Below are positions 28,795 to 38,659 of a DNA stretch of 64,000 bases, piece by piece. Each line of letters starts with the position of its first letter. Position 1 is the first letter of the stretch. The notes beneath the pieces were generated by a model. The model was given only the letters and a program-made list of their open reading frames with translations. It had not been told where the DNA came from and ran no database searches. Where the stretch lies: NCBI GenBank assembly GCA_041489255.1, contig JBGPQV010000005.1, positions 78,460-142,459 on the forward strand, in the 5' to 3' direction. This DNA comes from Thermoplasmata archaeon. GTDB taxonomy: Archaea > Thermoplasmatota > Thermoplasmata > RBG-16-68-12 > JAFNFQ01. Made by a program: the position numbers and the translations under genes.

Positions 28795-29589
28795 ATGGCC
28801 ACGAGGATGTTCGCGGGCATCGATGTCGGCGCATCCGCCACCAAATGCATGATAATCTCGGAGAAGAAGGAGGAAGCAGGATCGGCCATCGCGAAGACCG
28901 GAATCGATCTGGCGGGAGGCGCGAGGCAGGTCTTCGAGGAAGCGCTGTCGAGAGTCGATGGCGGTGGCGTGGCTGTTACTCGAATAGTCTCCACTGGGTT
29001 CGGCAGGAAGAACGTCCCGTTCGCTGACGCATCGAAGACCGAGATAAGCTGCCAGAGCAAGGGCTGCTACGTCTACTTCCCGAAGGCGATCGTGATAGTC
29101 GACATCGGCGGTCAGGATACCAAGGTCATAAGGACCGATGCCGACGGGAAGCTCTTCGGTTTCAAGATGAACAGAAAATGTGCGGCGGGGACTGGAACGT
29201 TCCTGGAGGAGATCTCGCACAGGCTCGACGTCTCTCTCGAGGAGATGAACGCACTGGCGATGCGGTCGAAGAAGGACGTGGAGATCGGCGCGTTCTGCAC
29301 CGTGTTCACCGGCACCGAGATACTCGCGAGGATTAGGGAAGGTGTGAGCAGGGAGGACCTTGCCAAGGGCGTCTACAAGTCCGTCGTCAAGAGGGCCATG
29401 GAGATGGACACCCTCGTCGGCGATGTCGTCCTCACCGGAGGCGTCGTGGCGCACAACGATATACTCATTGACATGTTCAGCGAGATTCTCGGACGCAAGG
29501 TCCTGATATCGCCAAACCCGCAGTTCACCGGCGCGTTCGGCGCTGCTCTCTACGCGCTCCAGGAAGCGGGACAGCCTCGTCTCGAATGA
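28795..29589 (+). CDS. 2-hydroxyacyl-CoA dehydratase activase (HgdC/BadF ASKHA ATPase)
   Basis: GIDVGASATK, DIGGQDTK, MNRKCAAGTG, CTVF, TGGVV. Confidence 0.93.
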   Translation: MATRMFAGIDVGASATKCMIISEKKEEAGSAIAKTGIDLAGGARQVFEEALSRVDGGGVAVTRIVSTGFGRKNVPFADASKTEISCQSKGCYVYFPKAIVIVDIGGQDTKVIRTDADGKLFGFKMNRKCAAGTGTFLEEISHRLDVSLEEMNALAMRSKKDVEIGAFCTVFTGTEILARIREGVSREDLAKGVYKSVVKRAMEMDTLVGDVVLTGGVVAHNDILIDMFSEILGRKVLISPNPQFTGAFGAALYALQEAGQPRLE

Positions 29590-31434
29590 TCATGAGGAGA
29601 TATCCACACCTAGCGACCTCAATCGCTTTGCTGTCGGTCTGCCGTTCTCGTCCCAACCTCGCGCATCGTAGTACGCCTTGATCGCCCGATCCAGCTCGTC
29701 TTGCAGAATCGCCTCCGACCTGTCCTTGAACGGAAGTGCGGACACCTTGAACCTCTGCGGCAGGTCATCGTCTTTCCTTGACAACCCCATGCGCACGGAG
29801 AACATCCTCGCGAGATTGTACGCCCTCTCACCGACCCTCATCATCTCGCCGCGGTCCATCCTCAACCCCGTGACCGCCGATGTCATGTCCCGCACGATGG
29901 GCAGATTCGCCGTGTCGGCGCTCTCGTCCACATCGAACACGCAGAGCAGTAGGGAGTTCACGAAGGACCTCGCGTCCTCGAACTTCTTCAGGACTTCCGC
30001 CTTCCCGTCCATGACGAACCTGTTCATGGTCTTGCCAACGCCTATGTCCGGCGCGGCGACCTTGCCGATCTGGGTGTCGTGGAAACCCTCCATGTGGCTG
30101 GCGCCCCGGGGCGATACTGCGTAGCTCAGCCCGAGACCCTTCTTCCCCCTCGGTTCGTGCATCGCTACCTCCAGCCCCTTGACATGCATCGCGAAATCCT
30201 TGCCGCCGGCCCATTCGCTCACCGCCGCCACGCCCCCGGCGAGTATGTCCCCTATCCCCTTCCGGTGCGCGATCTTTCCGATGAGCTCGCAGGCTCTCTT
30301 GCAGTCGCCCCACTGTATCACGTCGTCGATGAGGCCCAGCTCCGAGGCCTCCATTGCGTAAGCTATCACGTTCCCGGTGCTGATGGTGTCGAGCCCGTAG
30401 GCATTGCAGAGCTGGTTCGCGAGCGCGATCCACTCGAGCTTATCGTTCATCTGGAGCGAGCCGAAGGAAGCGATCGTCTCGTACTCCGGACCGCCATAGT
30501 CGGGCGTGACCTTCTGCCCGCCCGCCTCGGTCTGCACGACTCGCTTGCACCTGACGGGGCACGATGCGCACGTGTCCCTGTCGACCATGATCGTGTCGTG
30601 CATGGTCTCGCCGGATATCCTGGAGGACCCTGCGAAGCTGCCCGCCTGGAAGTTCTTGGTCGGCAGGATGCCCATATGGCTCAGCGCCTCGACGCCGCCG
30701 GAGGTTCCATATTTCCCGAAGGAATTCATGTCCTCGGTTAGGAGGGTCTTGGTGTACGCCCTTCTGGCCTCGTCGAAGGCCTTAGGGTCGTGCACAGAGG
30801 GGTTGAGGTTGCCTTTGACTGCGACTGCCTTGAGGTTCTTGGAACCCATGACGGCCCCCACGCCGCACCGCGCGTTCGCGCGGTTCCTGTCGTTCATTAT
30901 GGCGGCGAAGCGTACCTGGTTCTCACCGGCAGGCCCTATGCAGGAGACTTTGACGTCCCTGCCGTGCTTGGCCCTCAGCCAGTCCTCCGTCTCGCCGCTT
31001 GTCTTTCCCCAGAGCTCCCGAGCGCTGTGAAGCTCGGCGGAGCCCTCCAGGATTGTGAGATACATCGGTTCGCTGGCGGCACCGCGGAACATCAAGCCGT
31101 CATAGCCCGTCCTCTTCAGCTCCGTCCCGAAGAAGCCGCCGCAGTACGCCTCGCCGAAGAAGTTGGTCAGGGGGGAGTGCGTCACGACCACGTGCCTTCC
31201 GCTCCCTCCAATTGATTGGCCGACCAGCGGGCCGGTCATGTAGATGAGGCTGTTGGATGGGGCGAGCGGGTGCGACTTCCTGTACTCCTTCAGGAGGATC
31301 CTGGCCGCCAGTCCTTTCCCGCCCAGGTAGAGGCGCTGCCAGTTCTCCGGAATCGAGTACTTGCCCATGCGGCCCGTCGTCATGTTGACGTCAAGTAATT
31401 TCCCGAAGAGGCCGTCCACCCTATCCCCGCTCAA
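29590..31434 (-). CDS. aor: Tungsten aldehyde:ferredoxin oxidoreductase family protein
   Basis: YLGGKGL, IGPAGEN, MGSKNLKAV, CASCPVRC, GPEYET, GLDTISTG, YYDARGWDENG. Confidence 0.95.
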   Translation of the reverse strand: MSGDRVDGLFGKLLDVNMTTGRMGKYSIPENWQRLYLGGKGLAARILLKEYRKSHPLAPSNSLIYMTGPLVGQSIGGSGRHVVVTHSPLTNFFGEAYCGGFFGTELKRTGYDGLMFRGAASEPMYLTILEGSAELHSARELWGKTSGETEDWLRAKHGRDVKVSCIGPAGENQVRFAAIMNDRNRANARCGVGAVMGSKNLKAVAVKGNLNPSVHDPKAFDEARRAYTKTLLTEDMNSFGKYGTSGGVEALSHMGILPTKNFQAGSFAGSSRISGETMHDTIMVDRDTCASCPVRCKRVVQTEAGGQKVTPDYGGPEYETIASFGSLQMNDKLEWIALANQLCNAYGLDTISTGNVIAYAMEASELGLIDDVIQWGDCKRACELIGKIAHRKGIGDILAGGVAAVSEWAGGKDFAMHVKGLEVAMHEPRGKKGLGLSYAVSPRGASHMEGFHDTQIGKVAAPDIGVGKTMNRFVMDGKAEVLKKFEDARSFVNSLLLCVFDVDESADTANLPIVRDMTSAVTGLRMDRGEMMRVGERAYNLARMFSVRMGLSRKDDDLPQRFKVSALPFKDRSEAILQDELDRAIKAYYDARGWDENGRPTAKRLRSLGVDISS

Positions 31435-31479
31435 GTAAACCCCGCTTGCCTAAAAAGATGGTGCCTCGCCCTCGGGATA

Positions 31480-31528
31480 GAAGAAAAGAAAATAAGGAAA
31501 AGTGGAGCCGGGCTTGGCGCCCGACTCC
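31480..31528 (-). terminator. Hairpin plus U-rich tract downstream of the substrate-binding protein gene
   Basis: 10-bp stem at 31504-31528 (one G-U pair on the minus strand) followed by TTTTCCTTATTTTCTTTTCTTC on the minus strand. Confidence 0.65.
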
Positions 31529-31541
31529 TTCTTGTCTGCGT

Positions 31542-34500
31542 CTAGGCCTTGGGTTCTTGCGGCTTCACCTCAGGCATCGGCGCCTCTTCGGGCTTTGGCG
31601 CCTTCGGTCTCCTCCCGATGAGGATTCCGATGATGATGCCGACGACGAGGAAGACGATGCCCAGTCCGATTGTCATGATCAGGTCGCCGCCGGCTCCGCC
31701 CGCCGTGAGCGAGCCTTGAACCGACGATGAGCCGATCACGAGCGTCAGCGTGTGCGCGGAGGCGTCGTAAGGCACGTACGTGAATGACACCGTCGCTGTT
31801 CCGGGCGCTCCACTGAGATCTTTTCCGGCGACATCGACAGTCATCATCTGATAGTCGACATTGTCGATCCTCAGCACCACCACCGCAGTGTCCAGCACCG
31901 GCCCGTTGTTCGTGACCGTCGCCGTGACTGTCGCCTTCTGGCCCACAGTCGCCGATCCGGGAATCTGCAGGCCGCTAAGGACGAACGAGCCAACTCCAAC
32001 CAATGTGCCCATTTGTATAGTTGTGGTCAGAGTCTCGTTGGCGAGTTCGAACAGTGTTTCCCAGGCATCGGTGGCAGTCGGGTTGGTGGTGCCCGGCGCA
32101 ACGGACAACGTGACGGTTCCAGCTGCGGTCGTCTTCGCCGTCACGTTGCCAGCCACCTTTGCTCTCACCGTGACGTCCTGGACAGGCTGGCCTCCAACGT
32201 CCTTCACGGTGATCGTATAGGTCTGCAAGTGGTTTGCTCTCACTGCCGTGGTTGGTGGCGTCCCTGTCGGGAACAATGCTCTTATTCCCGCTGACGTCAC
32301 CAAGTAGGCGAAATTCTGCTCGAATGGAACACTGCCGACGACTCCGCCGAGCGCGTAGTTCGTGTCGGTGTAGACCACTGTGAACCCTAGTGACGTGTCC
32401 ACATCGTGGACGGCCTCGGTCCACCCAGTCTTCACTTGGCCACTGCCGTCCGTGACGAAGTCGCCGATTTTGATCGCGCCCCTGCCCGGCCTTAGGTCTC
32501 CGAGGCCGCGGTAGAGTGATACGGGCAAGCCCGCCTTCGGTCCTGCGCTATCCGCGAAGTTCACCGTGACGTTCGTGAATGTATTTTCCTTCGTCAGCAC
32601 AGGGTCCTCCATCGCCCATGACGACACTGCCGCAAGCTTGTTCCTCTTCTCGATCAGATGCTGGGTGAAGTACATGGTCGACGGAGATCCGAGCAGGAAC
32701 GCGCCCTGTGGTCCGAAGCCGGCTATGCCCGTCTCCAGCGTGACAACGCTGTCAGCGGGGAACGACTTCATGTTGATGGTGGTGGTGATCCGACCAGCGC
32801 CGTTGGTGACGTCTGTGAACACATTGCCCACGTAGGTTATGGTCGACCACTCAGGCAAAGTGACCGTTGTCGGGTTGCCCTGCTCGTTGTACGGAATCAA
32901 GATGTCGACTTCGACGCCAGGTGCTGACGCTCCGGTGATGTCATAGACATCCACCGTGAGGCTGACCGCGGAGTTCGGGTCCGCGAACCGCGTCGCTAAA
33001 GTCATCGAGGTGGCGTAATCCGCTGTCGTGCCGTCCGTGACGAGCAGGCAGAGTCCAGACATTGCGAAGAACGCCTTCTGGACGGTGAAGTTGACCGAGA
33101 CTGGGGTCGATACCGATGTCTGTGCCGTGAACGTGAACGACACAGTGCCGGTTCCGCTCGTGGTCTTGGTCGCTTGGTCGATGCTCATCGCGGTCGGCTG
33201 AGATACTGTCGCCGTCACAGCTTGACCACTGATCGGGTTGCCCGTTTGGTCAGTCAATAGGACAGTCACGGTGCTCGTCGCTGGGATTGGGGAAACTGGA
33301 TCCGTGTCCACAATGTAGTCCGTGACGCTCTGGACCTCGAGTACTTGCCAGTCGTAGGCGCTGTTCTCCACGCCTATAGCCAGCGTCTGTTTTTTGATTT
33401 CCGGGAGTTTCGGTCTCGTGGGCATATCCACTTCAGCCTTGATATAGTCGAATTGGTTGCGATTGGTTATCTTCGAGACTGGCGGGGGTGTGTAGGTGAA
33501 TGTTGTCGTGCCGGCTACACCCGTCGTTCCCTGTGCGGGCGTCACTGAGCCGAGGACCAGTTCCGGTATTATGCCGACAGGTACGTTGGCAATTGGATTG
33601 CCCGCTTTGTCGACGACCTTCGCAGTGATTGTAGCGCTGCCGCCTGTCGTCACGACCGGCGTGGTCGTCGAAAGCAGCACCTGAGCTATATCGTTCGGTA
33701 GTACCACGTTTATGTTGAGGATGTCACCGCCGATGTCCCCCAAAGTAGTGGTCGCTTTCGCGATAAAGGCCGTTTCACCCGAAACGTATGGTATCGGGAA
33801 GTTTATCGCCGCATAGCCGGCAAAGTTGGTCGTCCCATTCGCCCAATCGCCTGTCACGGCCGTGATGTTAACATCGACGTTCGCCGCTGGCTGACCTTGT
33901 TGCACGACGTACGCTTGGAGAGTGGCCGTTGTGCCGGCCAATACTTGGCCTGGTCCGTTCAGGCTGACAGTCAATGGGCCGGTCGGGACAGACGGTCCGC
34001 CTTTGCCCAGGACACCTATGGAGAACGCGTTGAATATCTCACCGTTAACAGATATCCAGCCGCCCCAGATGTCCTGCCTGTAGCCCTCGATCCACCGCTT
34101 GCTGTAGAGGGTGTTGTAGGGCAGGTCCCTCGTGAGTATGCCCTCGGCGTCCTTCGCTGCTTGTATCCTCACCGCGTCGTTCATCTCTTGGTCGAGTATC
34201 GTGAGCTTCTGCTCCAGCTCCGTGCTGCAATACCCTGGCGCGTTTGACCCAACTCCCAGGAGCACGTCGCTATCGCACCCGAAGAACTCGGCCAGGTATG
34301 TCTCGGGGTATGGGCCTAGGCTGACCCACCCAAGGACGAACATGTCGAAGCTGGCTGAGACGAACGCCGCGCTGACGATAGCGTCGAACGCCGTCGGGGC
34401 GCTATCGATATTGAGGCCTATGGCCTTGAGGTTGTTGGCGATCATTATGCCGGCATCTGCTCTGCTCGGATCGTAGTCCTTGGCCGGCGTGAGGATGTTA

Positions 34501-35819
34501 TATTTTATCGGTCTCCCGTCGGGGAAGTCGCGCCATCCGTCGCCGTCCTGGTCGGTGTACCCGGCAGCATCGAGAATCGAAATCGCCTGCGTCTTGTCGA
34601 ACGGTGGTGTGGTCGCGCTTGAGTTGATGTACGCCGGGTTGATTGGGGAAATCGGGGACTGACCCTTGATTCCGAATCCCGCGAGCAGCCTGTCAACGAT
34701 GAAGTCCTTGTCTATGGCGTAGCTGACCGCCTTCCTGAAATTGAGGTCGTTGAAGGGTTCTCTGCGCATGTTGAAAGCTAGGTAGAAGAACCCGTCAGCA
34801 GCCGAGATTTGGAAGCCTATTCTCGGGTCATGTCTCAAATCGTTGTAGAAGCCGGAAGGCAAGTCCCATGGCACCACGTGGACATCGCCATTCTTCAGGG
34901 CGAGTATGGCCACATCGAGAATGCCGTAGATGTTGAACTGGATCGTCTTCAGGTTGTTCGGGAAGAATGGCCACTGCCTGCCCTGCCAGGTGAGTGTCTG
35001 CGTCTTGCCCCAGTAGCCTTCGTAGATTCTCAGCTTGGCGGATGTGAGCGGTGTCCAGTAGTCGAGGTACCACGGCCCGGTTCCGATCGTCGCTTGGACC
35101 TCGCTGCTCGAGGAACCGAAGTTCCTGTCGAAGTCGAACTCTGTTCCCTGGTTCAGCGTCACGCCGCCAGGGATCGTGAAGGCACCCAGTGCGACCTCGA
35201 CCAGGTGATCCTTCCAGATATGCATGGGCATGATTGGGGTCGTCAGCGTACTGAAGAAGAACATCGAGTACGTCTGGCGCAACTGGAATCGGACATGGGT
35301 GGCGTCCACCTTTATGATCCCGACGTGGCTCTCGTGGGTCGCTCCCCACGCGCTTGTCGTCGCGTTCCACCTGTCGAACATCGGTGGATCTTGCCACGTT
35401 ATCGACTTGAGCACCGCATCGGACAGCTGGCTGTTGAAGCCCATGGTCTGGAAGGTGAATATCACATCATCGGCGGTCATCGGCGCCCCGTCGGTGAATG
35501 TGATCCCCGTCCTCAACGTGACCGTTACATTGAGCGGGTCGGACGGGCTCACCGTGAAGCCAGAGGCCAAGACGGGGTAGATCGATCCGTCAGGGCTTAG
35601 GCCATACAGTCCTTCGTACACCCATTGCCTCCACAGGAACGATTTCCACACCGAGTTTGTTGCCACGTCCCATGGGTGGAGGTTAGGAGTGTCGTTATGC
35701 ACGCCCACAATTAGCGTGTCCTGCCCGGAGCCCTGAGCCATCGCGACTTGGGGCATGCCCAGCAGGAACGCTAATATCACTGCTACGAACGCTGCACTCA
35801 TAGCTGATGTTTTCATCAT
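31542..35819 (-). CDS. Family 5 (peptide/nickel) ABC substrate-binding protein fused to multiple Ig-like domains and a C-terminal TM anchor
   Basis: FTDGAPMTADDVIFT, IGTGPW, FNMRREPFNDLNFRKAVSYAID, DQDGDGWR. About 800 aa of Thr/Val-rich Big-like repeats, then TM plus GRRPK. Confidence 0.9.
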   Translation of the reverse strand: MMKTSAMSAAFVAVILAFLLGMPQVAMAQGSGQDTLIVGVHNDTPNLHPWDVATNSVWKSFLWRQWVYEGLYGLSPDGSIYPVLASGFTVSPSDPLNVTVTLRTGITFTDGAPMTADDVIFTFQTMGFNSQLSDAVLKSITWQDPPMFDRWNATTSAWGATHESHVGIIKVDATHVRFQLRQTYSMFFFSTLTTPIMPMHIWKDHLVEVALGAFTIPGGVTLNQGTEFDFDRNFGSSSSEVQATIGTGPWYLDYWTPLTSAKLRIYEGYWGKTQTLTWQGRQWPFFPNNLKTIQFNIYGILDVAILALKNGDVHVVPWDLPSGFYNDLRHDPRIGFQISAADGFFYLAFNMRREPFNDLNFRKAVSYAIDKDFIVDRLLAGFGIKGQSPISPINPAYINSSATTPPFDKTQAISILDAAGYTDQDGDGWRDFPDGRPIKYNILTPAKDYDPSRADAGIMIANNLKAIGLNIDSAPTAFDAIVSAAFVSASFDMFVLGWVSLGPYPETYLAEFFGCDSDVLLGVGSNAPGYCSTELEQKLTILDQEMNDAVRIQAAKDAEGILTRDLPYNTLYSKRWIEGYRQDIWGGWISVNGEIFNAFSIGVLGKGGPSVPTGPLTVSLNGPGQVLAGTTATLQAYVVQQGQPAANVDVNITAVTGDWANGTTNFAGYAAINFPIPYVSGETAFIAKATTTLGDIGGDILNINVVLPNDIAQVLLSTTTPVVTTGGSATITAKVVDKAGNPIANVPVGIIPELVLGSVTPAQGTTGVAGTTTFTYTPPPVSKITNRNQFDYIKAEVDMPTRPKLPEIKKQTLAIGVENSAYDWQVLEVQSVTDYIVDTDPVSPIPATSTVTVLLTDQTGNPISGQAVTATVSQPTAMSIDQATKTTSGTGTVSFTFTAQTSVSTPVSVNFTVQKAFFAMSGLCLLVTDGTTADYATSMTLATRFADPNSAVSLTVDVYDITGASAPGVEVDILIPYNEQGNPTTVTLPEWSTITYVGNVFTDVTNGAGRITTTINMKSFPADSVVTLETGIAGFGPQGAFLLGSPSTMYFTQHLIEKRNKLAAVSSWAMEDPVLTKENTFTNVTVNFADSAGPKAGLPVSLYRGLGDLRPGRGAIKIGDFVTDGSGQVKTGWTEAVHDVDTSLGFTVVYTDTNYALGGVVGSVPFEQNFAYLVTSAGIRALFPTGTPPTTAVRANHLQTYTITVKDVGGQPVQDVTVRAKVAGNVTAKTTAAGTVTLSVAPGTTNPTATDAWETLFELANETLTTTIQMGTLVGVGSFVLSGLQIPGSATVGQKATVTATVTNNGPVLDTAVVVLRIDNVDYQMMTVDVAGKDLSGAPGTATVSFTYVPYDASAHTLTLVIGSSSVQGSLTAGGAGGDLIMTIGLGIVFLVVGIIIGILIGRRPKAPKPEEAPMPEVKPQEPKA

Positions 35820-35846
35820 GTGTCTCCTCCTAATGCTAAGAAATCC

Positions 35847-35912
35847 GACTCCCAAACGGAGTCTATTTATAAATAGATTGCCCGATTAAAAAGGCGGAGA
35901 CTCCGTTCGGAG
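35847..35912. promoter_or_regulatory. Palindromic TATA region flanked by inverted repeats upstream of the substrate-binding protein gene
   Basis: Perfect palindrome TCTATTTATAAATAGA at 35862-35877; inverted pair AACGGAGTCT (35855-35864) and AGACTCCGTT (35898-35907). Confidence 0.6.
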
Positions 35913-35942
35913 GCGATGCGATACCAATCGGGCACGTTTCGA

Positions 35943-36782
35943 TCAATCGTCCGGGCAATCGGTGACGGCCGGTTTCTGATTCACAATGCCGATGTTCAGC
36001 GTGCTGGCTATCAAAGACCATCTGCTGAAATCGAGTCTGCCAGCGTCAAGGCGGGACGCAATTTCCTCTTCCACCTTCCCGGACCGCAACCGCTCGAATT
36101 CGAGCCCGTGGTCGACATCGACCAGCACCAGCGCCTCGGGTCGCGCCAATCCGAAGTCGTTCTTCTCGCCCGCCAAGGTCTTCTCGATCTGGCGGAGGGT
36201 AATCTCGCCGAGGCAGTAGGATTCCACGCAAGAGGCGATCCTGCGGACCATTCCCCAGAGGAAGCTCTGTCCTTCGACATCGAGGCAGATGAAGTCGCCC
36301 TTCCTGCTCGCCTGCACGGAGTCCAGGGTCTTGATGGTGCCCGTCTTCGCTCGGGTGAACCATCTGAAGTCATGGCGGCCCTGGAACAGCCTGGCGGCGG
36401 CGTCAGCCCTCTCCGCGTCGAGTCGCGCGGACAGGTGATACCTGTACAACCTCCGCCTCGCTCGCCTGGGGTTGAAGTCGTCCGGGACCGAGGCGACGGC
36501 CCATGCCCAGACGTCCCTGGCGCGGGAGTTGAATGCTCCGAGGAGGGCCCGATTGGCCATCGCGGTGTCAAGAGCAATCACGTTTCCCGCCGCGCTGACT
36601 CCGGCATCCGTGCGGCTAGCTGACTGATACCTCGATTCCTTCGCATCTCTGATGGCCCCTATTTTTGTGAGGACGAAGATGCACTCCCCGTCGACGGTCC
36701 TGACCTCAGGCTGTCTCTGAGAGCCAGAGAACTTGGTGCCATCGTAGGCGATCTTGAGCGCGTGGCGCACGGCAACGGTCAT
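35943..36782 (-). CDS. truA: tRNA pseudouridine(38-40) synthase
   Basis: KIAYDGTKFSGSQRQP, SRTDAGVSA, SFLWGMVRRI. Confidence 0.95.
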   Translation of the reverse strand: MTVAVRHALKIAYDGTKFSGSQRQPEVRTVDGECIFVLTKIGAIRDAKESRYQSASRTDAGVSAAGNVIALDTAMANRALLGAFNSRARDVWAWAVASVPDDFNPRRARRRLYRYHLSARLDAERADAAARLFQGRHDFRWFTRAKTGTIKTLDSVQASRKGDFICLDVEGQSFLWGMVRRIASCVESYCLGEITLRQIEKTLAGEKNDFGLARPEALVLVDVDHGLEFERLRSGKVEEEIASRLDAGRLDFSRWSLIASTLNIGIVNQKPAVTDCPDD

Positions 36783-36817
36783 ATTGTCACGGGATATATA
36801 GAGGGCGAAGGCGGGTC

Positions 36818-37582
36818 ATGGGCGAGTTTTCGGTGGTCCTGGTCGAGCCGAAGTATGAGGGCAACATCGGCGCCGTCGCGAGGGCGATGAAGAACTTCGG
36901 GGTCAGGAGGCTTGTCTTGGTCAACCCGCCGCCGATCGGCGACGAAGCCCGGAAGAGGGCGATGCACGGGCTCGACGTGCTCGAATCGGCAGTGAGCTTC
37001 GAGACCTTGGACAAAGCGATCAACGGCGCTGATCTCGTCGTCGGGACGTCCGGCATCGACACGAGGAACGAGAAGAAGTTCCTCCGGATGGCGGTGACTC
37101 CCAGGGATTTCGCGGAGAAGGTCAGCGAGATGGACGGGAAGGTTGCCATACTCTTTGGCCGGGAGGACTATGGCCTTCTCAACCCCGAGCTGATGAAGTG
37201 CGATATGCTCGTCACAATCCCGGCAGACCCGGAATACTCGATATTGAATGTCGCGCAGGCGGCGGTGATCGTCCTCTATGAGCTGTACCGGAAGCCGGCA
37301 GGAAGCGTCGGCAGGGAAGCATCCGCAATGGAGAAGGAGAAGCTCCATGAAGCATTCGCCGACCTCCTGGCCGCCACGAACTATCCCCCGCACAAGACGG
37401 AGAGGACGAAGGTCATGTTCAGGCGGATGGTCGGGCGCGCGGTGCCGACCAAGTGGGAGTTCCACGCGACGATGGGCGTCCTCACACGAGCGACGAAGCG
37501 CATCAAGAGGCTGGAGTCAGGCGAGGGCTACGACAAGCCAAGGAAGTCTGGCCGGGCCAGGCGGAAGCGGCTCAGCCCGTGA
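36818..37582 (+). CDS. trmJ: tRNA (C32/U32) 2'-O-methyltransferase, SPOUT family
   Basis: VLVEPKYEGNIGAVARAMKNFG, LFGREDYGL, LNVAQA. Confidence 0.92.
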   Translation: MGEFSVVLVEPKYEGNIGAVARAMKNFGVRRLVLVNPPPIGDEARKRAMHGLDVLESAVSFETLDKAINGADLVVGTSGIDTRNEKKFLRMAVTPRDFAEKVSEMDGKVAILFGREDYGLLNPELMKCDMLVTIPADPEYSILNVAQAAVIVLYELYRKPAGSVGREASAMEKEKLHEAFADLLAATNYPPHKTERTKVMFRRMVGRAVPTKWEFHATMGVLTRATKRIKRLESGEGYDKPRKSGRARRKRLSP

Positions 37583-38585
37583 TGCCGAGCGCCTTGTCGG
37601 TCTTCTCGATGCTCTTCTTCCCGTCCTTTTCCAGCTTCATCATCGCCCGAATCGCGTCGATGTTCTCCGGGACGACGTCGCTCTCTTGGTGGACCGCCTG
37701 GAAGTAGTAGAGATGCTTGTCGTTCACGACGTGCACCCCGTCCTCCCAGACCGCGATCTCGTAGAGGTCGGACCTGTTGCGGGACATGTCCCGCGCGACC
37801 TCCATGATCTGTGCGGTGGATTTGACACCATCCTCCCCCCTGACGAACTTGATTCTCGGCGACCTGCTCCAGACGTCGAGGACATCCTTCGGCGTGGCGG
37901 TCCTCTTGAGCTTCACCGAGATAGCGTGCAGGTGCATGATCGTTGTCGGGACCTTGACCGCAATCGTGTGGATGTTCAGGCTTTTCAGCACGCTCTGCAC
38001 GTCAGGACCGTGGTGCGAGGGCATCTCCAGCTCGGGCTCGATCGCGTTGATCGGCCCCTTCTTGCTGTCGTACGGGTCCGTGGCCCTGCGGACCATCACC
38101 GCCAGGACGCTCTCGATGCCGAAGCTTGACTCGAGGGGATGGAGCGTTCGGATGAGACCGGTCGTGTTGCAGCTCGGGACTCTGACGTAGCTCGCGCCGT
38201 AGCACTCGGAGTAGTTGACGGCGGCATTGAACGAGAGGTTGGTGAGGCTGTGTTCCTCGCCTCCCTGCCAGATGCCTTTGATGTTGGCCTTCTCGTAGAC
38301 GGGCTTGTAGCCGCTCTCCTCTGGCGTGCAGTCTATGACGATCTCGCATTCCTTCAGCAGGTCGTCCAGGGTTCCTCTGACCTTGACGCCCGCCTTGTCG
38401 AACTTCGCGAGGCTGTCCTTGTTCGAGGCATAGAGCGCATAGCCCTTGGCGAGGGCCATCTTCGCCTCGTAGTTCGGCTTGGTCTTCGCGACTCCGACGA
38501 TCTTCATGTCATCTTGCTTGATCACCGCGTCGGCCACTCGTTTTCCTATCGTCCCGTATCCGTTGATCGCGACCTTTGCAGGCAT
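37572..38585 (-). CDS. gap: Type II (archaeal) glyceraldehyde-3-phosphate dehydrogenase
   Basis: NGYGTIGKRVADAV, SCNTTGL, PSHHGPDV, HQESDVVPENIDAIRAM. Confidence 0.97.
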   Translation of the reverse strand: MPAKVAINGYGTIGKRVADAVIKQDDMKIVGVAKTKPNYEAKMALAKGYALYASNKDSLAKFDKAGVKVRGTLDDLLKECEIVIDCTPEESGYKPVYEKANIKGIWQGGEEHSLTNLSFNAAVNYSECYGASYVRVPSCNTTGLIRTLHPLESSFGIESVLAVMVRRATDPYDSKKGPINAIEPELEMPSHHGPDVQSVLKSLNIHTIAVKVPTTIMHLHAISVKLKRTATPKDVLDVWSRSPRIKFVRGEDGVKSTAQIMEVARDMSRNRSDLYEIAVWEDGVHVVNDKHLYYFQAVHQESDVVPENIDAIRAMMKLEKDGKKSIEKTDKALGITG

Positions 38586-38659
38586 TTGATCCCCTCAACA
38601 GTGGGAAGGGGGACACGGAGAAAAACGTTTGCTGAGACCACGCGATGTGATAGCCAATA

